This document shows, one piece after another, positions 40,394 to 50,062 of a stretch of DNA of 64,000 bases. Position numbers and translations under genes: made by a program. This DNA is from Bdellovibrionales bacterium (GTDB lineage Bacteria; Bdellovibrionota; Bdellovibrionia; Bdellovibrionales; UBA1609). Each line of letters opens with the position of its first letter. Within the stretch, counting starts at the first letter, position 1. The notes beneath the pieces were generated by a model, which saw only the letters and a list, made by a program, of their open reading frames with translations, was not told the origin of the DNA and searched no databases. The DNA lies in NCBI GenBank assembly GCA_965205645.1, contig OZ242172.1, positions 463,289-527,288 of the forward strand, in the 5' to 3' direction.

Positions 40394-41650
40394 ATGGAAA
40401 TTTTATTGTGGGTTGCTTTTGCGTTTATCGCTGGCAGTTTTTTGGGATGGTTTTTAAAATCAGCTAAAACTCAAAAATCGTTCGTAGAATCTCGTATTCT
40501 GTTGGATAAATCTAATGAAGATAAACAAAAATTGGAACTTCGGTTACAGGAAAAGCAAGAAAAATATTTAATCGCTGAAAAAAAAATATCCGAATTGGAA
40601 GCTAATCATATCAATCACCAAACACTTCGCACACAATTTTCTGACCACTTTAAAAGTCTTAGTCAGGAGATTATTGATAGTAAATCTAAACAATTTCAGG
40701 ATCGAGTAGAAAAAGATTTATCGGGTATTCTAAATCCCTTGAGGGATAAAATTCAATCTTTTCAGAAAAGTGTAGAAGATAATTATTACCGTTCATCAGA
40801 GGAAAGAAATTCTTTAAAAGGGGAGATTAAACAATTGTGTAATACACACGATAAATTAAAAGAGGAAACCCAACAACTAACACAAGCTTTAAAAGGGAAC
40901 GTAAAGGTGCAGGGGCAATGGGGAGAAGTCATTTTAAATACTATTTTGGAACATTCCGGTTTAATAGAGGGAGAACATTATACAACACAAGGCAAAGGTC
41001 TAGGTATGAAAGATGAAGAAGGTCGGTTACAAAAGCCAGATGTGGTAATTAATCTACCTGGCAATCGGCATTTAGTCATAGACGCTAAGGTGTCGCTTAC
41101 ACATTATGAGCAGTTTATTTCTGCTGCTTTAGAGGAGAAAAAACAAGAGTTTTTATCTGCGTTTTTATCGTCTTTAAAATCCCATGTTAAGCAATTAAGT
41201 GAGAAACATTATTCTCAATCTAACCAAATAAATGCTCCAGATTTTACTTTTATGTTTTTTCCAATAGAAGGGGCGTTATCCTTGGCTTTTGAAAAAGATA
41301 GAGAGCTATTTGAATTTTCATGGAAGCGTTCTATTGCAATTGTAGGTCCAACTTCTCTATTAGCTGCTGTTAAAGTGGCTGCGTCTATCTGGCGGCGAGA
41401 AAAACAAAATCGGAGTGCGTTGGAAATTGCTCAAGCAGCTGGTAGTTTGTACGATAAATGTAGTGCTTTTATGACAGATCTTGAGAAAATAGGTGAAAAT
41501 TTAAGAAAAGCAGATACTAGCTATCAAAGTGCTGTTAGCAAATTACGCAATGGGCAAGGGAATATTATTTCTAAATTAGAACGAATAAAAAAATTAGGAG
41601 CTTGTACAACCAAGCAAATTCCAGAGCAGTTTATGTCCTATAGTGATTAA
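40394..41650 (+). CDS. rmuC: DNA recombination protein RmuC
   Basis: LTQALKG..KVQGQWGE..L..ILE.SGL, PDVVINLP, VIDAKVSL, IVGPTSLLA. Confidence 0.95.
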   Translation: MEILLWVAFAFIAGSFLGWFLKSAKTQKSFVESRILLDKSNEDKQKLELRLQEKQEKYLIAEKKISELEANHINHQTLRTQFSDHFKSLSQEIIDSKSKQFQDRVEKDLSGILNPLRDKIQSFQKSVEDNYYRSSEERNSLKGEIKQLCNTHDKLKEETQQLTQALKGNVKVQGQWGEVILNTILEHSGLIEGEHYTTQGKGLGMKDEEGRLQKPDVVINLPGNRHLVIDAKVSLTHYEQFISAALEEKKQEFLSAFLSSLKSHVKQLSEKHYSQSNQINAPDFTFMFFPIEGALSLAFEKDRELFEFSWKRSIAIVGPTSLLAAVKVAASIWRREKQNRSALEIAQAAGSLYDKCSAFMTDLEKIGENLRKADTSYQSAVSKLRNGQGNIISKLERIKKLGACTTKQIPEQFMSYSD

Positions 41651-41774
41651 AGTTTCAAACCCGACTTATGGCAGCTAGACCTTATGTTAGAAGGTCTTTT
41701 TATCTGATCTATATGATCTTTTTATCCGATAATATTATATATTATTTTTAAAGAATGATTTTCTTTATTTTTTT

Positions 41775-42944
41775 ATGAAGGGGCTTTTTATGAGAATTGT
41801 GTTTCTTTTATGTTGTATGCCTATGGTTTTACTTTCTTGTGTGGATCCAGTGCGTCCGGTTTCTCGTAACTTTGATCGAGTGGCTTGTAATCCTAATGCA
41901 ACAGGTGTGACCATTGATGAGTTAGAAGAGGTTACTGAAGAAAATGTGGGTGAATATCAGTTATCTGGTGAATGTGATAGAGATCAGTCAGAGGTGCTAG
42001 TGAACATTGAAGGTAATCCTCTAGTTAGATATCCCATTTGTATGCAAGGTAAATGGGAAGTATCTGCAGATATTAGTGGACTTGTGAATAAAAAAGAACG
42101 ATTTCAAATAGCCGTATCTCAAGGATCCGCTAATCGGAATATGTTGTGTGAAAATGTTCGAAACTATTTTATTTGCCCAAATAACTATATTGCTATTTCT
42201 GATTTGCCGTATATTGATGGTCACAGTTTTTGTGTGATGAAGTATGAAGCAAAAGTGAAATCAGGTACGCCAATTCCCACTCGTTTAGGAGAGAATATAC
42301 TTGTAAAAGCAGAAGCTTTAGCAAATGGAGATTTGATTACTCGAGTGACTGAAGAAACAGCTATTCAGTTTTGTAAACAAAATGGGCCGGGATACGATTT
42401 AATTCACAATGATGAATGGCAGCTCATTGCACATCATATTGAAAGAACGCCGGATAATTGGTCACATAATACAAGAGATATTACATCAGGTAATCGCCTT
42501 AATATTGGCTACGTTGGTAGTGGTGCTGTTTCTAAGAGTAATACAGATGAAGAACAGAGTAATTGGGATTTGAATAAACGAGTACACCAACTTGCTAATC
42601 AGGAATATATTTGGGATTTTGCAGGCAACTTATGGGAGATTGTAAGACATGATATAACAGATTTGCCAGGTGGAGAGACTTATACTGGATTTGTAAATGA
42701 TATGCCTTCAGCTTATCAGAATGATTTTGGTCCAGAGAGGGATTACAGTGTGTTTAATTCAAGAGAAAGGACAAATTTATTTGGTGGTTTAGGGTATATG
42801 TTAGCAAATGAGTGGGGAGGAGCAATTATTCGTGGTGGTAGTAATCAATGGAGGATAAATGGTATTTTTTCAACGAATGTTATGCTGTCTGGAGATAGAC
42901 TGCGTAGAATAGATATTGGGTTTCGCTGCGTATATTATCCTTAA
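41775..42944 (+). CDS. Lipoprotein with Ig-like N-domain and C-terminal FGE-sulfatase/CLec-fold domain
   Basis: Lipobox LLSC; FCVMKYEAK, LIHNDEWQ, IWDFAGNLWE, IIRGG, IGFRC. Confidence 0.8.
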   Translation: MKGLFMRIVFLLCCMPMVLLSCVDPVRPVSRNFDRVACNPNATGVTIDELEEVTEENVGEYQLSGECDRDQSEVLVNIEGNPLVRYPICMQGKWEVSADISGLVNKKERFQIAVSQGSANRNMLCENVRNYFICPNNYIAISDLPYIDGHSFCVMKYEAKVKSGTPIPTRLGENILVKAEALANGDLITRVTEETAIQFCKQNGPGYDLIHNDEWQLIAHHIERTPDNWSHNTRDITSGNRLNIGYVGSGAVSKSNTDEEQSNWDLNKRVHQLANQEYIWDFAGNLWEIVRHDITDLPGGETYTGFVNDMPSAYQNDFGPERDYSVFNSRERTNLFGGLGYMLANEWGGAIIRGGSNQWRINGIFSTNVMLSGDRLRRIDIGFRCVYYP

Positions 42945-43049
42945 TTCTGTCTGTTTACAGTACGTGACTTAATTATTTATAAAAACTTTATTTCGTTTTT
43001 AAGATCTTCTGATGAGTATCCGAACGGGTATTAAGATCAGGAGTTTTTT

Positions 43050-43826
43050 ATGAGCAATGAAACTGTAAAATTATCAGCTAAAAATAATGTTTTAGATTTA
43101 GATTTGATTAGTTTTGTCAGCCATCAATTAAAAACTCCTTTGACAACATTGAAAATCAATATAGATCTTTTAAGGCAGCAGGCATTGCCGATGCAAAAGA
43201 ATTCTCTTCGCATGATGGATGAAGAATTGAACCATATTGTTCATCTTGTGTCAGATGTTTTGGATATGAGAAAAGCGGAAGGTGGAAAAGGGTTGTTACT
43301 TTGTCGGTGGTGCAAGTGGGATAAAGTGATTCAAAATGTGCAAGATCAGCTGAGTGAATTATTGAATCATACGAACATTCAATTAAAGATATCAAGCGTA
43401 GAGAAAGAGATAGAATCTTATATAGATTATATATATATTGAGCAGGTTTTAGTGAATTTAATTAAAAATGCAGTGGAGCATTCCCCACAAAACAGCGTTG
43501 TAGATCTCAGTTGGTCATTAATGGATGAAGATAAGTTACGTGTTATCGTATCAGATGAAGGAGAGGGAATTGCTACAGAGAATTTAGATAATATATTTTC
43601 TGCTTTTGGCAAAGGCCGTCGTAATGGTGCATCTAGAAAAGCATTATTGGTTGGAAAAAATAAAGTGTCTACATTTTTAAAAACCGGTAGTGGTTTAGGG
43701 TTGGCTATCGTTCGTCAGGTTATATTATCTCACGGGGGTGAGATATCCGTCACTAATCGGTCAAGTAGGGGAGCTTGTTTTATATTTACTCTGCCAAAGG
43801 TGCGTCGCATCTCTCATGCAGCTTAA
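43050..43826 (+). CDS. Cytoplasmic histidine kinase with no sensor domain
   Basis: VSHQLKTPL H-box, NLIKNA, DEGEGI, GSGLGLAIV, HGG. Confidence 0.9.
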   Translation: MSNETVKLSAKNNVLDLDLISFVSHQLKTPLTTLKINIDLLRQQALPMQKNSLRMMDEELNHIVHLVSDVLDMRKAEGGKGLLLCRWCKWDKVIQNVQDQLSELLNHTNIQLKISSVEKEIESYIDYIYIEQVLVNLIKNAVEHSPQNSVVDLSWSLMDEDKLRVIVSDEGEGIATENLDNIFSAFGKGRRNGASRKALLVGKNKVSTFLKTGSGLGLAIVRQVILSHGGEISVTNRSSRGACFIFTLPKVRRISHAA

Positions 43827-43978
43827 TTATTTTGGTTGTATTTGATTTCTAATTGCAAGAAAAACGGATTTTTACTTTTTTTCTAGCATGTCCATTTATA
43901 ATATTGCTTGTATGTTCTCTGTGGTTTCTTTATGAGGGTGTTAGTTGACTCATTTTCTTCTGTACGACATAAAGAAAT

Positions 43979-45355
43979 ATGCTTCAGGAATTAGAACATT
44001 TAAAGTCTTTTCTATCTGCAGATCAAATAGTTACAGATAGAGATCAATTACAGTTATATGGAACGGACTGGTTGAAATTTTATTCACCCAATCCGTGTGC
44101 AGTATTATTTCCAAAATCTCGTAAAAATGTAGAAGATATTGTTCAATGGGCATTGCGGTTTAATCGAGCGTTGGTGCCTTCAGGAGGCCGCACAGGGTTA
44201 AGTGGGGCCGCTTCCGCTTCCAATAAAGAAGTGGTTGTTTCTTTTGATAAAATGAATCAAGTAATCGGGTTTAATGAAATGGAACGTAGTTTATGCGTGC
44301 AGCCTGGGGTGATTACAAAAACAGTTCAGGAGATAGCGAAAGATAAATCGCTTTATTTTCCTTTGTCGTTTGCGTCTGAAGGATCCAGTCAAATAGGGGG
44401 TAATGTAGCGACTAATGCAGGTGGAGTACATGTCATTCGTTATGGATCACTTAGGAAATGGGTTTTAGGTTTGGAGGTAGTGACAGGAGAGGGCAAAACA
44501 TTATGTTTAGGACGTGGACTGATTAAAAATACAGCTGGTTATGATTTGATGAATTTGTTTATTGGTTCGGAAGGTACATTAGGTTTTATTACAGAAATTA
44601 CATTACAGCTAACTCATTGTCCTTCAGAATCACCTTGTGTATTATTATTGGCTGTATCTGATGTGGAGGCTCTATCGCATTTATATAGTTTGTTTAAAAC
44701 AAAATGTTCTTTAAGAGCTTTTGAAGTGTTTACAACAGAGGCTGTTAAGTATGTTCAAAAAATTAGTTTAGTGAATTTTCCGTTAAAAGTGGGAAATTAT
44801 TATGCATTGTTAGAATGTGATTCAACGGATCAAGAATCAGTACTAGCACTTTTTGAATTAGCTCATCAGAAAAAATATATACTGGATGGTGTGATGAGTG
44901 AAAGTTCGCAACAAGCAGCTGAATTATGGTCCTTTCGGGAAAATATTAGTGAGTCTTTATCTTCTTTTTTGCCTTATAAAAATGATATATCGATTCGACC
45001 TTCTTTAGTACCAAAGTTTATTGATAAGGTAAATGTGTTGTTAAAAAAGGAATACCCTGATTTTCCTGTTGTGTGGTTTGGTCATTTAGGAGATGGCAAC
45101 TTGCACATTAATATTTTACCCTCAGAGAAAGAAAGCAGGGAGAATTTTTTACAGAAATGTACTAAAGTAAATGATCTTTTATTTAATTTAGTGAATCAAT
45201 TTAAAGGATCTGTTTCTGCGGAGCATGGAGTCGGTTTATTGAAAAAAGATTATTTACATTACTCTTGTTCTAAAGAGGAAATTCAATATATGCGATCCGT
45301 GAAAAAAATTTTTGATCCAAAAGGTATTTTAAATCCTGGTAAAATATTTGATTAG
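43979..45355 (+). CDS. FAD-linked oxidase (GlcD / D-2-hydroxyacid dehydrogenase family)
   Basis: PSGGRTGLSG, IGGNVATNAGG, GSEGTLG, GHLGDGNLH, SAEHGVG, DPKGILNPGK. Confidence 0.93.
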   Translation: MLQELEHLKSFLSADQIVTDRDQLQLYGTDWLKFYSPNPCAVLFPKSRKNVEDIVQWALRFNRALVPSGGRTGLSGAASASNKEVVVSFDKMNQVIGFNEMERSLCVQPGVITKTVQEIAKDKSLYFPLSFASEGSSQIGGNVATNAGGVHVIRYGSLRKWVLGLEVVTGEGKTLCLGRGLIKNTAGYDLMNLFIGSEGTLGFITEITLQLTHCPSESPCVLLLAVSDVEALSHLYSLFKTKCSLRAFEVFTTEAVKYVQKISLVNFPLKVGNYYALLECDSTDQESVLALFELAHQKKYILDGVMSESSQQAAELWSFRENISESLSSFLPYKNDISIRPSLVPKFIDKVNVLLKKEYPDFPVVWFGHLGDGNLHINILPSEKESRENFLQKCTKVNDLLFNLVNQFKGSVSAEHGVGLLKKDYLHYSCSKEEIQYMRSVKKIFDPKGILNPGKIFD

Positions 45356-45368
45356 TTCAATACTGAAA

Positions 45369-46076
45369 TTAGACGCTATTGAAAGGAGGTTGTTTGAGTA
45401 GCATAGATAGAAAGCCCCATGTGGTACTAAATAGATAACGTTTTTCCTCTTCTAGATCCGATATATTGCATAATTCATTTCCAGGAGTATCTTTACATAT
45501 TTTTTCCATTGAATGAATTTGGAGCATTTGGCTAAGTAATCGTCTGGTAGCTGGTGTCTCTCCTTCTTTTTGATGTTTATCTCTCATATATCTTATAGCG
45601 GATCCAAGGTATTCTGTATTGTCGTATTTACGGTAGAAGTCTACATAATAGAGAACTAACATCCACCGTCCGAGATGGTTTTTTTGTGCGGACGTGATAT
45701 AAGGAAGAATACTTTGGTGTTCTTGGTTTTTAATGTGGATCAATCCTAGTGCAGCGGCAGCAGTGTTTTTAGCGTTATCGTCTTCTCCTGCAGTAGAGTA
45801 AGCTTTTTTTAACCACTTTTTTGCTAATTCATGTTGATTCATTTGGTAATGTAAACATCCAACAACAGCCATAGCTGATGCATTTGGGTTTTCCAAATCG
45901 ATGGATGCGCTTAATTTATTTAATTGATCTTCTAATTCTGGTAGTTTGTTGTAATTCATAAAGCAGGAATCAAACTCTACGGAAGGAAGTACCATTTGTT
46001 CACCGCAGGAACTGAATAGTAACAGTACAATTGGTAGAATAAATAAATATTTTGCCTGTTTTAATTGGCGTTTCAA
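45369..46076 (-). CDS. Lipoprotein with TPR-like helices
   Basis: Lipobox FSSC; helical repeats. Confidence 0.65.
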   Translation of the reverse strand: MKRQLKQAKYLFILPIVLLLFSSCGEQMVLPSVEFDSCFMNYNKLPELEDQLNKLSASIDLENPNASAMAVVGCLHYQMNQHELAKKWLKKAYSTAGEDDNAKNTAAAALGLIHIKNQEHQSILPYITSAQKNHLGRWMLVLYYVDFYRKYDNTEYLGSAIRYMRDKHQKEGETPATRRLLSQMLQIHSMEKICKDTPGNELCNISDLEEEKRYLFSTTWGFLSMLLKQPPFNSV

Positions 46077-46204
46077 TTAGCACCTACTTAGCGATTATTG
46101 TCCTTGGTTGACAAAATAGATGGACTCTTTCACAATCGCATAAATCTATTATTAAAAGGCTTTAGGAAATAATCAAATAGTTTTATGGGGAATGTTCTGT
46201 CTCT

Positions 46205-47023
46205 ATGCAGTATTACCATCTGAAAAATGAAATTAAGGTACCAAAGTTAGGTTTTGGAACATGGCTTATAAAAGGTACTAATTGTGTACGAGCTGTACGA
46301 TCTGCTTTGGAAATAGGATATCGTCATATTGATACGGCACAAATTTATGACAATGAATCGGAAGTAGGAGAAGCGATAGCATCTTTTGGTCTCCCAAGAG
46401 AAGAAATTTTTTTGGTAACTAAAATCTGGAAGGATTCTTTACGTTTAAAGGATGTATTGAAAAGTACGGAAGAAAGTTTAAAAAAATTAAAAACGGATTA
46501 TATAGATTTATTACTTATTCATTGGCCTAATTTACATGCTCCACTTAAAGAAACTTTGTCTGCTATGCGTCATTTACAAAGTAGTCAGAAGGTACGTTTA
46601 TTAGGTGTTAGTAATTTTCCGGTAGAGTTAATGGAAATGGCTCAACGAGAGGTGGAGTTAGTGTGTAATCAAGTGGAATATCATCCTTTCTTAGATCAGG
46701 GTGTAATACTAAGGGCGATTCGCAAGTATGATATATTTTTAACAGCATATTCTCCTTTAGCTAGGGGACGGGTATTTAAACATAGTGTACTGCAGAAAAT
46801 AGCTAAGAAGTATAATAAAACAGTAGGGCAAGTGGTGTTGCGGTGGTTAATCGATCAAGACAATGTAGTCGCTATTCCGAAAGCTGCTCGGCAGGAGCAT
46901 GCACAGTCTAACTTTGATATTTTTGATTTTCAACTAGAGGCTTCCGATCGATTAGTTTTAGCCTCTTTGCGGTCGGCAAATCAACGTTTAGTGAATCCGG
47001 ATTGGGCTTTAGAGTGGGATTAA
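46205..47023 (+). CDS. Aldo/keto reductase
   Basis: LGFGTW, GYRHIDTAQIY.NE, DLLLIHWP, GVSNF, NQVEYHP, AYSPL, IPK. Confidence 0.95.
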   Translation: MQYYHLKNEIKVPKLGFGTWLIKGTNCVRAVRSALEIGYRHIDTAQIYDNESEVGEAIASFGLPREEIFLVTKIWKDSLRLKDVLKSTEESLKKLKTDYIDLLLIHWPNLHAPLKETLSAMRHLQSSQKVRLLGVSNFPVELMEMAQREVELVCNQVEYHPFLDQGVILRAIRKYDIFLTAYSPLARGRVFKHSVLQKIAKKYNKTVGQVVLRWLIDQDNVVAIPKAARQEHAQSNFDIFDFQLEASDRLVLASLRSANQRLVNPDWALEWD

Positions 47024-47782
47024 TTGAACAGAAAAGATAAGCAACAGGCATGTTCCGATTCCTGTTAACAACCATTTGATTTGTTTTATTTTAATAGTGA
47101 CTGGAATAAGGTGTATAGAGCAGACGTAAATGAACAGTCCAGACGCTAGAGCTAGGGTAGTAGATTCTACAATTTGTAGTTTGGCTAGTGCAAAGAAGCT
47201 GGCAGATCCGGTCATTAGGGAGAGGCAAAATAAGCTAATGATTCGTACGAGAGCTTTGCGAGAAAATCCGGATGACATCCCGATGCCGACGATGGTGATA
47301 CTTTCTGGCAGCAGGTGAAATAAGAGGCCAATACTAATTAAAACTGTTGCTTGTGGGTCAATCAGCAAGCCGGAATTCAGGCGAATGCCGTCAAAGAATG
47401 CACATAGAATAAAGCAACCCATAGCAGAACAGCCCACGGAAGAGGGTAGTAGGTGATAGTGAACATGAGTGGCATCATGCTGGCTGCACTCGTGTTTTTC
47501 TTTTGGTAACAAGTGGTTTAGGAAACTAAGTCTTGGTAGAATCCATCTTTCGGCTATCGCATTTATGAAAAATCCACAGATGATTAGTAATATGGTAGTA
47601 GAAAATTGAGTAGATTCCTTGAAAGTATGTGGCAGTATCTCAATTAAAACAAAAGTGGATAAGAATCCAGCTCCAAAGGCAATTATTTTTGTTAGTTGGA
47701 TTTTTATTTTGTTATGAATAAAGAAGTAGGTGATAAATAAAATGATAGCGCAATATAGGATAGAAATAAGAAAGGCTGTCAA
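47009..47782 (-). CDS. ZIP-family metal transporter
   Basis: AFGAG...EILPH, His-rich loop, FFDG, FHLLPE, ALASGLFIYV. Confidence 0.85.
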   Translation of the reverse strand: MTAFLISILYCAIILFITYFFIHNKIKIQLTKIIAFGAGFLSTFVLIEILPHTFKESTQFSTTILLIICGFFINAIAERWILPRLSFLNHLLPKEKHECSQHDATHVHYHLLPSSVGCSAMGCFILCAFFDGIRLNSGLLIDPQATVLISIGLLFHLLPESITIVGIGMSSGFSRKALVRIISLFCLSLMTGSASFFALAKLQIVESTTLALASGLFIYVCSIHLIPVTIKIKQIKWLLTGIGTCLLLIFSVQLIPL

Positions 47783-47873
47783 TGGATAGCTCCTTATAAT
47801 CAGTAAATTGGATCATTTTAAATTGTTATTATGATGCTAGCTTAAAAATTAAGAATGATCAATTTAGATAATT

Positions 47874-47949
47874 GGGGTTGTAGCTCAGCTGGCAGAGCGC
47901 AGCGCTGGCAGCGCTGAGGTCGGGGGTTCGATCCCCCCCAGCTCCACCA
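47874..47949 (+). tRNA. tRNA-Ala (GGC)
   Basis: 76-nt cloverleaf, G3:U70 pair, anticodon arm cagcg-ct-GGC-ag-cgctg, 3' ACCA. Confidence 0.97.
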
Positions 47950-47999
47950 TTAGGGTTTTTAACTATTGAAATTGTTAAAATTTTTTAATTTAAAAATAT

Positions 48000-48021
48000 T
48001 TTTAACGGGATTTTAACGGGA
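48000..48021 (+). repeat. Tandem ttttaacggga x2, possible integrase arm-type site
   Basis: 11-bp direct repeat between the tRNA-Ala 3' end and the integrase remnant. Confidence 0.5.
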
Positions 48022-48059
48022 TTTATTTTTGAAATCCTCAAACAACTAAAAATAACTTT

Positions 48060-48485
48060 TTAAAGATAACTGTTTTTAAAAATCACAGAAGCAGTTTTCT
48101 CTCCTGTTTCTGAACTCAAAAGAGCAACAGTCTTCGCATACTTTTGAGTCATTTTTATATCTGTATGCCCAAGGCTTGCTTGAACAGCAGAAATATCTTT
48201 TGTCATCATAAGAGCAATAGTTGCGTAAGTGTGACGACAAATATGAGTTGAACGCCAAGGAAACTTTAATGCCTCAAAGCCTGCATTAAAAGCAGATTGA
48301 ACAGCATTGTATCTTAAAAGCTCACCTTTATCATTTGTAAAAACCAAGTCATTCACAGCTTCTGTTTTCATTTCCTTAAGAATATCTTTTAGTTTTTCAG
48401 GAAGTATAAGAAGTCTGGCTGACTGAGAGGTTTGTGTCACATCTTCTAAAAAAGGACACTTAGTTTGTTGATCCCAACGAACTCT
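48060..48485 (-). pseudogene. Tyrosine recombinase/integrase, C-terminal remnant
   Basis: THICRHTYA (HxxR), VQASLGH, MTQKY; frame extends upstream as RVRWDQQTKCPFLED and then breaks; N-terminus and first catalytic Arg absent. Confidence 0.88.
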
Positions 48486-48487
48486 TC

Positions 48488-49178
48488 ATTGTCACAATTA
48501 AAAAACAGGATTGAAATACTTATTAAAAGTGGGAGATATATTATTACAGTTTGCATAAAAACTCCTCTGTTTTATAATTTGAGTTTTTTAACTAATGCAA
48601 CAGCTTCTTCATAGGTTAGCCAGTACATAGACCTTGAGTCACTTCTCCATAAACTTGAGCTATTAAGTATTCTCTCTGGATGAATGGAAACAATTTGTTC
48701 TATCTGTTTGAAATTTACCCATTCAACTTGTGAACTAGGTTTGTTCTTTTTAATATAGTCTGCAATCTGTTTAGCAGTATATCCAGTATCTTTTAAAGAT
48801 CTTTTCAAATGCTTTTTTAAAATAGCATCCGGTGGATCAGTAGCAGTAAAATAAATATTTATCGCATTACGTAGTTTTAAATTATTATCATCTTTTTTCT
48901 CAATAAAGACTTTAGGAATTCTGACAACCAGAGTGCCTCTTCTTACTTTCCACTTTGAAGGAAATTTAATCTCATCTTCATTAGTTGTAGTGGTATCTGT
49001 ATTGTTATTCTTACTTCCACTGCTTCTTCTGCTTCTTCCATAGTTGTCTTCTTCTTCACTTGATATAGGGAAATATCGTCTTTCATTATTGTCACAACTA
49101 AAAAACAGGATTGAAATACTTATTAAAAGTGGGAGATATATTATTACAGTTTGCATAAAAACTCCTATGTTTTATAAT
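48488..49178 (-). repeat. 91-bp direct repeat (48488-48578 and 49088-49178) covering SD plus lipoprotein signal peptide
   Basis: Exactly 600 bp apart, 2 mismatches by hand alignment. Confidence 0.9.
48572..49156 (-). CDS. Hypothetical lipoprotein
   Basis: Lipobox FFSC, SD aggag, low-complexity linker then globular domain. Confidence 0.75.
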   Translation of the reverse strand: MQTVIIYLPLLISISILFFSCDNNERRYFPISSEEEDNYGRSRRSSGSKNNNTDTTTTNEDEIKFPSKWKVRRGTLVVRIPKVFIEKKDDNNLKLRNAINIYFTATDPPDAILKKHLKRSLKDTGYTAKQIADYIKKNKPSSQVEWVNFKQIEQIVSIHPERILNSSSLWRSDSRSMYWLTYEEAVALVKKLKL

Positions 49179-49440
49179 CGGTGTGTTGATTGAATATATT
49201 AAACGATAAATATTTATTTATTTATATTTGCTTGTTTCTTATCATCTGAAGAATTATGTAGGTTACTAAACTTTTCATTTATAGCTTTTATATATATTTT
49301 TATATATTTTATTTCTGATTTTATACCCTTTATTTCCAACCAATGGCTTTTTAGAATTTTTCCATGTTCTTCTAGGGTTTTACTATTTTTGCTTATAAGT
49401 TCAATATTTTTTTAATTTTGATCACTCTTTCTATTGATGC

Positions 49441-49600
49441 TTATCTTGGTTTGTTTTCAGAAAGCGCATTCCTGATAAACTTAATTAGTTTTTTAGATCT
49501 TCCAATGCGAATGATATCCCTGGGGGTTTGTTCTCCCAAAAGAGGATTAGGAGTATAAAACCACAACATAGTTTTATCAACATCCTGTTAAAAAAGGACT
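49441..49600 (-). pseudogene. Xre/MbcA/ParS-type antitoxin C-terminal domain remnant
   Basis: Hand translation DVDKTMLWFYTPNPLLGEQTPRDIIRIGRSKKLIKFIRNALSENKPR*; frameshift just upstream. Confidence 0.65.
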
Positions 49601-50062
49601 GGTAGAGATGAGTATTGATTCTAAATCCACTTTTTTTAAGAGACCAGGGCATATCACCAGTCGAAGTGAAGCTTATAGAAAAGGCTTAAAAGTAGTTAAA
49701 CAGAGTATTGGGCAATTTTGTGGAGGGAAATATCTCATAAAAAAGGTTGTGGAAAAAAAGGAAAACATGGGGACACAGTCTAATATAGACTATCGTAGTA
49801 ACCATAGTTCTGATATAGATAGGTATAGAAAAGATGATGATGGTAGTGCCTCTTTCTCTACTAGTCGCAGGGCTCAAGATATATGTAGGAGGTTATACAA
49901 GTTCAGATAGCATGACAGCATCAGGAAGGGAAAAATGCTTACTCTACAACGAGGACTATGCTAGTATTTAGAAAATACACACATATTACTTTTCAATGTA
50001 AAAAGTAGATTTTAAATTTTTAAGGAATAGGGATACTAACTTTTAACTGAAAGAAGATAAAA

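Noticed and set aside
41775-42944. Complete DGR at the CLec-fold gene
   Set aside because: No reverse transcriptase, accessory gene or template repeat seen in the window.
49608-49970. ORFs 49608-49910 (+) and 49686-49877 (-)
   Set aside because: No recognisable motif or SD; probably decayed fragments that cannot be assigned.
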